Assembly (NCBI GenBank): GCA_018433765.1
Contig: JAHDQO010000002.1
Location: 191,874-215,873, forward strand
DNA: 24,000 nucleotides
Origin: Tissierellales bacterium
GTDB lineage: Bacteria > Bacillota > Clostridia > Tissierellales > Sedimentibacteraceae
Reading direction: 5' to 3'
Shown: positions 16,396 to 24,000 of the stretch, piece by piece
Layout: each line of letters opens with the position of its first letter
Position numbering within the stretch: position 1 is the first letter of the stretch
Translations under genes and position numbers: made by a program
Notes under the pieces: generated by a model
What the model was told of the DNA's origin: nothing
The model's database searches: none
The model's input: the letters and a program-made list of their open reading frames with translations, nothing else

Positions 16396-17571
16396 TTATC
16401 CAAACACATTATTTAAATAATTAAGCATTATAGAATAATATATTGTTATGATAAAAATCGGAGTTGTATAACAAATTAAATAAATATAAAAAACATCAGA
16501 CATTTCGTTAATAAAATTAGCTATTTTTGAATTAAATGGCTCAACTAGAACCGCAGTTATTTTATATATTAAAAAAATAAATAAAATTTTTAATACGACA
16601 TCACCAAAAGCTGAAAGTATAAAAACTATAAAAATAAACCCTAGTATATCTTTTATGAGCAATAAACTTTTAAAAAAGACTCCAAATAAATTATTAATTG
16701 CATTACCAATTATAGGTACAGATGATGGTGATAGTGCTTTAATTGAATTTATAAATACATTATCTGTTCTATATAATATATATCCTTGTACTGAAAAATT
16801 TATTACAACAATAAATATATATACGCCAACAATAATTATCACAGTTTTTTTTACAAATTTATATAGCAACTTGAAATCAAATAAATCACTTATGTTGTTT
16901 ATAATAATTATTACAATTAAAATGCATGATGATATATTCATTATTACAAATATAATTTTTGTAGTGAGATTAATAATATAATTGCTGTAATTATGAAAGA
17001 ATTGCATTATGCTTAACTTACCAAATGTTATCATAATAGTTAAAAATACAGAATTAAGTTTTGACGTAATTTCTTCCATATTCAAACAAGCTTCATCAAT
17101 AATTAATCTTGTTTTGTTTAAATCCTTTATAACTATAGAGAAAACAATCATTATTGAAATAGTAAATACTATATCTGATACCCCTTTATTGTTTGTTTCT
17201 TTAGAAAAATAGTTAATTATAGTTAAAATTACAGCAATAATTAGAATATTAATACAATTTTTAGTGTTATCCTTAAAATAATTAATTTCATTACTTATTA
17301 CATACTTAATATAGTCAGTTATTTTAAAAGGAAATTTTCCAGAAATAATTCCCTTTACAATTTCTATTAAATTGTAATCTTGAGCTTTAAAATAGTCGTT
17401 ATTATTTTCAAAGAATTCTTCAATAGTATTAAAATCAATCTTATCTATTGCTTCATCTATATAATCTTTTTCTGTTGCTTCTACATTGAATGAAAACAAT
17501 AACAAAAAAATTAATATTAAGTAAATTACATTTTTCACTTCATCACCCGTTAAATAGAATGAAAATTTCAT
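16396..17571 (-). CDS. spoIIIAE: Stage III sporulation protein AE (polytopic membrane protein)
   Basis: 391-aa ORF with an N-terminal signal-like segment and then multiple TM helices, matching the size and order of spoIIIAE. The in-frame GTG at 17538 (VKNVIYLILIFLLLFSFNVEA, after GGGTGA) is a plausible alternative start and would remove the 29-nt overlap with AD. Confidence 0.85.
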   Translation of the reverse strand: MKFSFYLTGDEVKNVIYLILIFLLLFSFNVEATEKDYIDEAIDKIDFNTIEEFFENNNDYFKAQDYNLIEIVKGIISGKFPFKITDYIKYVISNEINYFKDNTKNCINILIIAVILTIINYFSKETNNKGVSDIVFTISIMIVFSIVIKDLNKTRLIIDEACLNMEEITSKLNSVFLTIMITFGKLSIMQFFHNYSNYIINLTTKIIFVIMNISSCILIVIIIINNISDLFDFKLLYKFVKKTVIIIVGVYIFIVVINFSVQGYILYRTDNVFINSIKALSPSSVPIIGNAINNLFGVFFKSLLLIKDILGFIFIVFILSAFGDVVLKILFIFLIYKITAVLVEPFNSKIANFINEMSDVFYIYLICYTTPIFIITIYYSIMLNYLNNVFG

Positions 17572-17932
17572 CTATAAATTGTTTTAATATATCAAAAGAG
17601 TATATCAGTATTACAAATTTACCAGCTAATTCAATTTTTTTACCTATAGATTCGTATTTTAAGTCTTTACATATTAATGATATAAAATCACAGACATATG
17701 CTATAAGTACTATTTTTAGAAGTGTATTAAAATTTTCAAAGTCTATATTATAATAATAAATTAAGTTTTTTAGTTCAGTAACTTTTATTGATATTTCATC
17801 AAATAGAATTACTAAAACTATAATCCCAAAGATAACAGTAAAATACAATTTAAATTCTGGATTAAATTCAGAAACTATAATACTTAATATTATACAAATA
17901 ACACATGCAAAAATAATTTTTAATAGAATCAT
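17543..17932 (-). CDS. spoIIIAD: Stage III sporulation protein AD
   Basis: ORF 17543-17941. The 4-TM protein has IELAGKFVIL and IAYVCDF motifs resembling B. subtilis SpoIIIAD (IELAGKILIL, IAYIAEF). I prefer the ATG at 17932, which lies 6 nt after TAGGTG. Confidence 0.85.
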   Translation of the reverse strand: MILLKIIFACVICIILSIIVSEFNPEFKLYFTVIFGIIVLVILFDEISIKVTELKNLIYYYNIDFENFNTLLKIVLIAYVCDFISLICKDLKYESIGKKIELAGKFVILIYSFDILKQFIDEIFILFNG

Positions 17933-17941
17933 AAAGTACAC

Positions 17942-18139
17942 CTAGTAAATATTAAATATTGTTTTGACTTCATTAAATAAATCGCTAAGCATATTAATTA
18001 TTAATGCCATAACAACTATTACTCCCGCTAGTGTAACAAACATTGCCTGCTCCTCTCGTCCTGTACGAGTTAATATTTGATTAAAAACTGCAACTATTAT
18101 ACCTATAGCTCCAACTTTTAAAATTATATCAATATCCAT
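17942..18139 (-). CDS. spoIIIAC: Stage III sporulation protein AC
   Basis: ~65-aa two-TM protein. The segment VGAIGIIVAVFNQILTRTGREEQAMFVTLAGVIVVM closely resembles B. subtilis SpoIIIAC. The start is ATG 18139 or GTG 18145. Confidence 0.88.
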   Translation of the reverse strand: MDIDIILKVGAIGIIVAVFNQILTRTGREEQAMFVTLAGVIVVMALIINMLSDLFNEVKTIFNIY

Positions 18140-18149
18140 ATCCACCTCT

Positions 18150-18668
18150 TCAGATTAGTAAGATTGCTAATAAAACTCCAATAAGTATAGAAATTTTATT
18201 GAAAAAATCTTTCCTTTCTTTAGCTTGTATTTGAAATTCATTAACATATTTCAACATTTCAGTTTGGATGTAAGCTAACTTTTTAGACAATACCTCTGAC
18301 GCTGAGTAACCATAAAAATCAACTATCTGTATAAAAATTTTATTAAATTCATCTGGTGTTAATAGCTGTTCTTTTATATAGTTCATAAACTTGTCTCTTG
18401 TTAAATCGTTATTCTTAGATAAATTAATATAACTATTCAATTCTTTACATACCTTTTGAATATTAGAATCTTTAAATAAATATTTATCTATTATTTCATT
18501 TATCTGCATTTTCATTTCACATGAGAAAATTTGTAAATGTTCAGTAAATTTAATTAATTCTTTCATATTATAAATTTTTTTATATTCAGCTTCACTTACA
18601 TAATTAAAAATCATTCTTATAATTATTACAATTAAAATAAATAATATAATTTTAATTACTATTATCAT
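18150..18668 (-). CDS. spoIIIAB: Stage III sporulation protein AB
   Basis: 172-aa ORF with N- and C-terminal TM segments flanking a helical domain (GspF-like topology). It overlaps spoIIIAA by 17 nt and is in the right operon position. Confidence 0.75.
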   Translation of the reverse strand: MIIVIKIILFILIVIIIRMIFNYVSEAEYKKIYNMKELIKFTEHLQIFSCEMKMQINEIIDKYLFKDSNIQKVCKELNSYINLSKNNDLTRDKFMNYIKEQLLTPDEFNKIFIQIVDFYGYSASEVLSKKLAYIQTEMLKYVNEFQIQAKERKDFFNKISILIGVLLAILLI

Positions 18669-19641
18669 AGAGCATATTATCCTTTAAATTATCATATATT
18701 TTTTTTACATATATAGGTCTCTTTGTATATCCTAGAATTATTATTCTTTCTATAAATTTATTATCCAAAATTTTCTTAATGTAAATATTGTCATATAAAT
18801 CGCTAATATCAAAGCAATGTGCTGTTGTGATAATATTTACTCCACTTTTTAATGCATACTGTATAATTTCAAAATCTTCTGCAGAACCTAATTCATCTGA
18901 AACTATTATTTTAGGTGCTAATGAACGAATACTCATAAAAAAACCATCTTTCTTTAAGCAATATGATAATATATCAGTACGTCTACCTATATATATTTGT
19001 GGTATACCATTGTATTGCGAAGCTATTTCTCCTCTTTCGTCAATAACTGTAATATCACATCCATAGAATTCAGGATTAGCTATACCATCGCTTAATTTTC
19101 TTGTTAGTTCTCTAATAAAAGTGGTTTTCCCTGACAATGGAGGTCCTGCTATTAAAGTATTGTAGATTTGCCTGCTGTTTTTTATAATATATTTGTAGTA
19201 ATTGTTTGTACAATTGTTATAATCTTTTGCCACACGTATATTAAATGAAGTTATATTTTTGAATCCAGTAAAATCCTTTTCATGATATATGCAGTCTCCA
19301 CTAATACCTACTCTATGTCCTCCTTGTATCGTTATGTATCCTCTTTTTATTTCATTTTCATAGGCATGTATTGAATAAGAAGTTAAAGCAGCCATAGTAT
19401 GTTTTATATCATTCCTATTTACTTTGTAATATGAATCATTGTACGTATGGGAATACTTATTATAGCTTATAAAATAATTGCCCTGCATAGTTTTAATATA
19501 TATAGGTGTGTTAACTCTAATCCTTATTTCATAGGTATCTTGAATGATTATACTGTTCTGAGTTAACATAATATTTTTTATGTTAATACTCAAATATTTT
19601 ATAATGTTATTAATCACATTCATTTCATTTTTCTTATCCAA
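18652..19641 (-). CDS. spoIIIAA: Stage III sporulation protein AA (secretion-type ATPase)
   Basis: 329-aa ORF with Walker A GPPLSGKTT and Walker B-like IIVSDELG. It is the first gene of the spoIIIA operon. The TTG start at 19641 lies 7 nt after AGGAGG. Confidence 0.88.
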   Translation of the reverse strand: MDKKNEMNVINNIIKYLSINIKNIMLTQNSIIIQDTYEIRIRVNTPIYIKTMQGNYFISYNKYSHTYNDSYYKVNRNDIKHTMAALTSYSIHAYENEIKRGYITIQGGHRVGISGDCIYHEKDFTGFKNITSFNIRVAKDYNNCTNNYYKYIIKNSRQIYNTLIAGPPLSGKTTFIRELTRKLSDGIANPEFYGCDITVIDERGEIASQYNGIPQIYIGRRTDILSYCLKKDGFFMSIRSLAPKIIVSDELGSAEDFEIIQYALKSGVNIITTAHCFDISDLYDNIYIKKILDNKFIERIIILGYTKRPIYVKKIYDNLKDNMLYDNSN

Positions 19642-19690
19642 AACATGTCCTCCTATTTAATTTTATTAAATAGAAGCTTGTATATGACAA

Positions 19691-19727
19691 AAAATAAAAA
19701 AAAGATGACAACTATATGTCATCTTTT
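19691..19727 (-). terminator. Rho-independent terminator after the acidic 95-aa gene, upstream of spoIIIAA
   Basis: On the minus strand, AAAAGATGACA (19727-19717) pairs with TGTCATCTTTT (19710-19700) around the loop TATAGT. The stem is followed by TTTTATTTT. Confidence 0.7.
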
Positions 19728-19747
19728 CTAAAACTAGTAAATACTTT

Positions 19748-20035
19748 TTATTCTTCGATTACATCTTCAACTAACTCATCTTCAAATAAATTAGCATCAT
19801 CTATGCTGTAATCTCCAAACAATTCTTCTTCAACAGTTGATAAGTCTTCATCCATTAATTCTAAGTATTCATTTACTTCTACCTGTTCTTCGTCTAAATC
19901 GCCAATAATATCAGCCATTTCTTCAATAACATCAATTAAAGCACTGTATAACTTACTTTCTTTTGTGTCTCCATCAAGCTCAATTCCTTCAGCTAATCCT
20001 TTTAAATAAGCAATTTTTTCATATAAGTAATCCAT
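19748..20035 (-). CDS. Small hyper-acidic protein of unknown function (from memory, resembles the family NCBI labels 'CD1247 N-terminal domain')
   Basis: 95-aa ORF with RBS GAGGAGG upstream. By hand count it has 34 D/E, 4 K and no R/H. The N-terminus is MDYLYEKIAYLKGLAEGIEL, and there is no Cys-rich or zinc-ribbon tail. It sits in a conserved slot between efp and spoIIIAA. Confidence 0.6.
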   Translation of the reverse strand: MDYLYEKIAYLKGLAEGIELDGDTKESKLYSALIDVIEEMADIIGDLDEEQVEVNEYLELMDEDLSTVEEELFGDYSIDDANLFEDELVEDVIEE

Positions 20036-20046
20036 ACTTACCTCCT

Positions 20047-20604
20047 CTAAACTCTTGATAAATATTCTCCTGTTCTTGTATCAATTTTTATTTTATCCCC
20101 TATCTCAATAAATAGAGGTACAGTAACTGTAGCTCCTGTTTCAACTGTTGCAGGTTTATTAGCTCCTGTTGCTGTATCACCTTTAAATCCAGGCTCTGTA
20201 TGAGTTACTTCTAATTCTACAAAATTTGGTGCCTGAACCTCAAAAGGCTTTTCTTCGTGAAAACGAATTATTGCATTTTCATTTTCTTTAAGATAAATTA
20301 TAGCATTTTCTACTTGATCATGATTTAATGGAATTTGCTCATATGTTTCTAAATCCATAAAATAATACAACTCACCATCATTATATAAATATTGCATCTC
20401 TTTTGTTTCTATATGAGCTTTTGGAAACTTTTCTGTAGGGTTAAAAGCTTCTTCTCTTATTGCGCCTGTCTTAACATTTTTAAGTTTTGTTCGAACAAAT
20501 GCAGCTCCTTTCCCAGGTTTTACATGTTGAAAATCTATTATTTGCCATAATCCATTATTCCATATAACTGTAATTCCTTTCTTAAAGTCGCCTGCTGATA
20601 CCAT
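20047..20604 (-). CDS. efp: Translation elongation factor P
   Basis: 185-aa ORF. The segment [41 protein letters not shown] contains the conserved KPGKG loop, and the protein is full length for EF-P. Confidence 0.96.
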   Translation of the reverse strand: MVSAGDFKKGITVIWNNGLWQIIDFQHVKPGKGAAFVRTKLKNVKTGAIREEAFNPTEKFPKAHIETKEMQYLYNDGELYYFMDLETYEQIPLNHDQVENAIIYLKENENAIIRFHEEKPFEVQAPNFVELEVTHTEPGFKGDTATGANKPATVETGATVTVPLFIEIGDKIKIDTRTGEYLSRV

Positions 20605-20644
20605 ATGTCTCCTCCTTTATGTATTATTAACAGTTATGTAACTG

Positions 20645-21061
20645 TTATTCTAAAATTAAGATTCTTCCTGTTTCAACAACTATTGATATTTTTTTGGATT
20701 CTTTTGTTTTTTTATTAGTAATAGTAATAGTTTGAGAATTGTCAGGAGTACCATTATAATTAAAAGATATCTCTTGATGAATATAATCTAACTTAAAATT
20801 AGTTTTTAACTTAACTAGTTTTATTCTTTTTAGTGATTTCCTTAATTCATAACTATCATTTGTCAGAAGAATATAATATAATTCTTTATCGTTAGTCATG
20901 CTATTAATTCTGATTTTTCTTATATCATACGCTAATTCTTTTGTAAAACTCTCTAAATATGATTTATCATAGTTAAGCTTAGGTACAACTATTAATACTA
21001 TAACTATTATTAACGAAATAGTTATAATTAATTCAATTAAAGTAAATCCTTTTGTATTCAA
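20645..21061 (-). CDS. Prepilin-type N-terminal cleavage/methylation domain protein (minor pilin or pseudopilin, GspH/FimT-like)
   Basis: 138-aa ORF. The class III signal is MNTKG|FTLIELIITISLIIVIVLIV, with Gly at -1, Phe at +1 and Glu at +5. The TTG start at 21061 lies 5 nt after AAGGTG. Confidence 0.8.
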   Translation of the reverse strand: MNTKGFTLIELIITISLIIVIVLIVVPKLNYDKSYLESFTKELAYDIRKIRINSMTNDKELYYILLTNDSYELRKSLKRIKLVKLKTNFKLDYIHQEISFNYNGTPDNSQTITITNKKTKESKKISIVVETGRILILE

Positions 21062-21216
21062 GTTTACACCTTAGTCAAATAAATTTAGTATCTTAAAATC
21101 TATTTATAACAATACTATACTAATTTATATTAGCATTTTATTCTTCATAAAGCAATATTAATTAATTAATTAATAACACTTTTATTCTTAATTTTATTTA
21201 AACTTTTATATCTGTT

Positions 21217-24000
21217 TTATTCAAGTTCAGGTAAATCTTTTATTTTTAAAATTATAGAGTCTTCTGCATTACCAACCATAACATCCATTTGAACAGTTGA
21301 ATCCACTTCAGCATTTACTTCTGCATCAAATAAGATAGCATAGATTTCTTTCTTTGATAATTTAGTTGAAATTTCTAATTCATTAGAATCAGATATTGTA
21401 ATATTGCTTTCTATAGGAGTTAAATTAATATCTCCTTCATCATTAGCTTTAAATAATCTAATATTAGAAAAAGTATATTTATCTGCATTGTTTTTGCATA
21501 AGTAGATATTATCATCTAGACCATTAGTTGAAAAAACAGTTCCATATGTGTTTTTGAAATTCTTTACAACATTAGGAGTAGTGTTATATGTATTATTTAA
21601 ATATAATCCTAAATGATATATCTCAGATCCAAATGTATCATTATTAAATTCCTTAAAAGATTTTGTACCTCTATTAAACCATTCATCGTCAGCTTTAAAA
21701 TATGCTGTATTATAATCATACCAACTGTTATTAAAACTAATTAGAGCAGATTTACCATCTTCAGATATATTATCTTTTAGATTAACAATTTTTAAGTTTT
21801 CACGAATTTCTTTTCCTTTATAGAAATATAAATAAAAATTATTAACTTTTTCATTAAAATTTACTTTTATTGCAGATCTGCCTTTAAATTCGTATTGTAT
21901 TTCTGGAGGCATTGCATCAATATATTTTTCAAAATATAAATTTGTTGTATTATAATCTTTATTTTTTGCTTTACTTATTATTTTATTAATACCATCGTTT
22001 AATAAAACATCAACACTATATAGCTGACCTTCAGATATCATGTTTGAACCTGTTATTGACTTTCCATCTACTATAAATGATGTTAATTCAATTATGCCGC
22101 TTTCTGCTTCAAAGTTAAGAGTAATAGTTCTGTTTCCTTTATTCTCATTAGGTATTTCTGTATTCCATTTTTCACCTATATAATTTAAAGTTGAAACTGT
22201 GTCTGTATCAGAAATATCATTATACACTTCTGCTTCAACTGAAAAATTATTTTCTATATTATTAGCATATTTTAAATCCACATTTTTTGTCATAGTATAA
22301 GGTATTTTAGATACAATTTCAGAAGGTATATTAGTATTTAAAATTGATAATTTTGTTTTATCATCTACAGTAACTGATATTGCAGCAGTTGTAGAATCTT
22401 GAACCATATCTAAATGTATATCCATATTAGGTAAATTGGTATTTGATATTGTTCTTGAGATGTTTGGAAATACCCTATATGAAGAAGAACCATCTAAGTC
22501 TTTATATTCAATATATGTATTAAGTTTACTTAAATCGTCAAGTTCAGGGTTTATATCACCTATAATATATGTTCCATTATTAAATACTCTGTTAACTTTT
22601 ATTTTAATAATTATAGGATCAGCTTCATAATATTTATTGTTAGGATTACTGTCATTAAGAACATATTTTACATCATTAATACTTCCAGTAATAGTATTAG
22701 TATTTGCATTTAAAAATGTACTGATATTAGTAATTTTTTTAACAGTTCCATCAATAATTGTCTCAATTTCTATATTTGGATTAACATTAAATTCATTAGG
22801 AAGTTTTGCATTAAAGTTTATTTGTTCTAGTGGTAGTTCTTGTATAATTTCATCACCTATTTGTGAATATATTATATCAATATCATCACCATTTGAGGCT
22901 ACATGATAATAATTATTTAAATTTGTATTATTTGATTTTTGTGCAACTGCTTTATTATTATTACTATCAATATTAAATCCAATAACATGTGTAGTAATGT
23001 TTATATCATCACTGTTATTTCCTAATAGAGTCTCAGCAACATTTAATACATACTCAGAACCCTTTAAAGTGCTGTTTGATCTAGGAATTATGAAATATTT
23101 ATTATCTTTATCAAAAAAATAATAATAATAACTGTAATTTTCATATTCATCAGGAAGCTCTATATCTCCATAATAATATGTATAATCGTTACTCCATTTC
23201 CTTTCAACCCATGTTGATTGTGTTTCATATCTTCCATTAATATTCTCATAATTACTTTTATTAAATCTAATAACAGGAATATTATCATAATAATGATGTA
23301 TATAATAATAACCACTATGCCAGCTATTACTGTTATACCTTCCTGTTATATTTTTATACCTGCCTTTAATAAAAACACTATTTTCATTAATTTCTTCAAA
23401 ATTATATACTTTCCTATGAACGTTTTTGATTTTTTTCCCATTAAAGTAAAATTCATCTATTATATTCCTGTTATCATCATAATATCCTTCTACCCATTTA
23501 GTTGTTTTTTCATAATGTCCTTCTATCCATCCTTTTGATTTAGTATAGAAGGTCGGCTCTCCATCAGTTAACAATATTATATACTTTTCTGCATCATCAT
23601 TGCCTGAATTCAACAAATTATAATAGGCTAAACGCAAACCATCTCCTGTATTAGTTCCTCCATCAGCACTTAAAGAATTTACAACATCATTTATTTTTGT
23701 TATTTGCTGACTATCATCTAAATCTGCAAAAACTTTACTATTAAATTGAACTACATTTGCTTTACTATTAAAATCTACTATAGATATTTTTATATTGCTT
23801 CCAGTACTCAGTTTGCTAACAAAATTTCTAAGAATCTTTTTTACAGCTGATATACGAGACATTTTTTTATTATTATATCTTGTCTTATCTTCCATACTGC
23901 CTGAAGTATCTACTACTAGAACAACTTCTTTATCCTTATCTTTTGTAACATCATTATAAGGTATGATTTGAGGATCGATGATATACTTTATGATAAAACT
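21217..24000 (-). CDS. Large secreted or pilus-associated von Willebrand factor A (vWA) domain protein; N-terminal end runs off the window
   Basis: The track ORF begins at the ATG at 23895, but the frame stays open to 24000. My translation of 24000-23896 is SFIIKYIIDPQIIPYNDVTKDKDKEVVLVVDTSGS, which supplies the MIDAS DxSxS motif. The other vWA elements follow: ADGGTNTGDGL, YIILLTDGEPT and THVIGFNID. After that comes ~580 aa of beta-rich sequence with no recognisable motif. Confidence 0.8.
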   Translation of the reverse strand, partial: SFIIKYIIDPQIIPYNDVTKDKDKEVVLVVDTSGSMEDKTRYNNKKMSRISAVKKILRNFVSKLSTGSNIKISIVDFNSKANVVQFNSKVFADLDDSQQITKINDVVNSLSADGGTNTGDGLRLAYYNLLNSGNDDAEKYIILLTDGEPTFYTKSKGWIEGHYEKTTKWVEGYYDDNRNIIDEFYFNGKKIKNVHRKVYNFEEINENSVFIKGRYKNITGRYNSNSWHSGYYYIHHYYDNIPVIRFNKSNYENINGRYETQSTWVERKWSNDYTYYYGDIELPDEYENYSYYYYFFDKDNKYFIIPRSNSTLKGSEYVLNVAETLLGNNSDDINITTHVIGFNIDSNNNKAVAQKSNNTNLNNYYHVASNGDDIDIIYSQIGDEIIQELPLEQINFNAKLPNEFNVNPNIEIETIIDGTVKKITNISTFLNANTNTITGSINDVKYVLNDSNPNNKYYEADPIIIKIKVNRVFNNGTYIIGDINPELDDLSKLNTYIEYKDLDGSSSYRVFPNISRTISNTNLPNMDIHLDMVQDSTTAAISVTVDDKTKLSILNTNIPSEIVSKIPYTMTKNVDLKYANNIENNFSVEAEVYNDISDTDTVSTLNYIGEKWNTEIPNENKGNRTITLNFEAESGIIELTSFIVDGKSITGSNMISEGQLYSVDVLLNDGINKIISKAKNKDYNTTNLYFEKYIDAMPPEIQYEFKGRSAIKVNFNEKVNNFYLYFYKGKEIRENLKIVNLKDNISEDGKSALISFNNSWYDYNTAYFKADDEWFNRGTKSFKEFNNDTFGSEIYHLGLYLNNTYNTTPNVVKNFKNTYGTVFSTNGLDDNIYLCKNNADKYTFSNIRLFKANDEGDINLTPIESNITISDSNELEISTKLSKKEIYAILFDAEVNAEVDSTVQMDVMVGNAEDSIILKIKDLPELE

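Noticed and set aside
19679-19708. Sigma-E-like promoter for spoIIIA (TCATCTT-15-CATATACA on the minus strand)
   Set aside because: It matches only 5/7 and 6/8, and the -35 is buried in the terminator's 3' arm and U-tract. In such AT-rich DNA this is too weak to report as a feature. A spoIIIA promoter must still lie somewhere in 19642-19700.
20628-20647. 8-bp AT-rich hairpin TAACAGTT-ACAT-AACTGTTA (minus-strand reading) overlapping the pseudopilin stop codon, upstream of efp
   Set aside because: The stem is almost entirely A-T and no U-tract follows it on the gene strand. It is unlikely to be a functional terminator, so I did not list it as a feature.
21157-21174. ATTAATTAATTAATTAAT (TTAA-type) palindromic tract in the vWA-pseudopilin intergenic region
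   Set aside because: It is short AT-only low-complexity sequence that places stop codons in all frames. It has no flanking inverted repeats or duplicated target and no partner copy elsewhere in the window, so it is not evidence of a transposon or a repeat family.
21217-21240. C-terminal ...KDLPELE of the vWA protein as a possible LPxTG sortase signal
   Set aside because: LPELE is not LPxTG. No hydrophobic segment or positively charged tail follows it; the protein simply ends.
886-23538. All other plus-strand ORFs in the six-frame track (for example 886-1092, 1278-1532, 5094-5405, 8720-9013, 10234-10548, 16655-16981, 22637-22906, 23218-23538)
   Set aside because: Each lies entirely antisense to a minus-strand gene with clear family motifs. 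Their products are low-complexity F/L/I/S-rich sequences, as expected from reading AT-rich coding DNA backwards, and none has a convincing RBS.

Overview
All ~30 supported genes in this window lie on the minus strand with very short or overlapping junctions. The DNA is very AT-rich and looks like the chromosome of an endospore-forming Firmicute, probably class Clostridia. Read along the minus strand (24000 -> 1), the order is: a large vWA-domain protein (5' end off-window), a prepilin-type pseudopilin, efp, a hyper-acidic 95-aa protein, spoIIIAA-AH, an Asp23-family gene, nusB, a TsaD/Kae1-like paralogue, xseA, xseB, a ~580-nt ORF-free structured RNA, a 4-TM protein, tlyA, argR, recN, spoIVB, spo0A, nudF, spoIIM, xerD, deoB, pdp and a D-Ala-D-Ala carboxypeptidase (3' end off-window). 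This matches the B. subtilis spoIIIA-to-spo0A and spoIIM-to-dacF neighbourhoods, with accBC, folD, ispA, dxs and ppnK missing. The main finding is the 647-nt gap at 10938-11584. From its size, G+C jump, nested helices and exact synteny I interpret it as an OLE (ornate, large, extremophilic) RNA, and the membrane protein after it as OapA. I could not run a covariance model, so that class call rests on synteny and visible structure. Secondary findings are: a hairpin that sequesters the spoIIM RBS and has a sigma-E-type promoter nested inside it; a vWA protein with a ~160-aa Tyr/Trp-rich insertion beside a pseudopilin; a TsaD/Kae1 paralogue that keeps its metal ligands; and sporulation-sigma promoter candidates. 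I saw no CRISPR array, rRNA/tRNA gene, transposon or prophage element. All plus-strand ORFs in the track look like antisense shadows.
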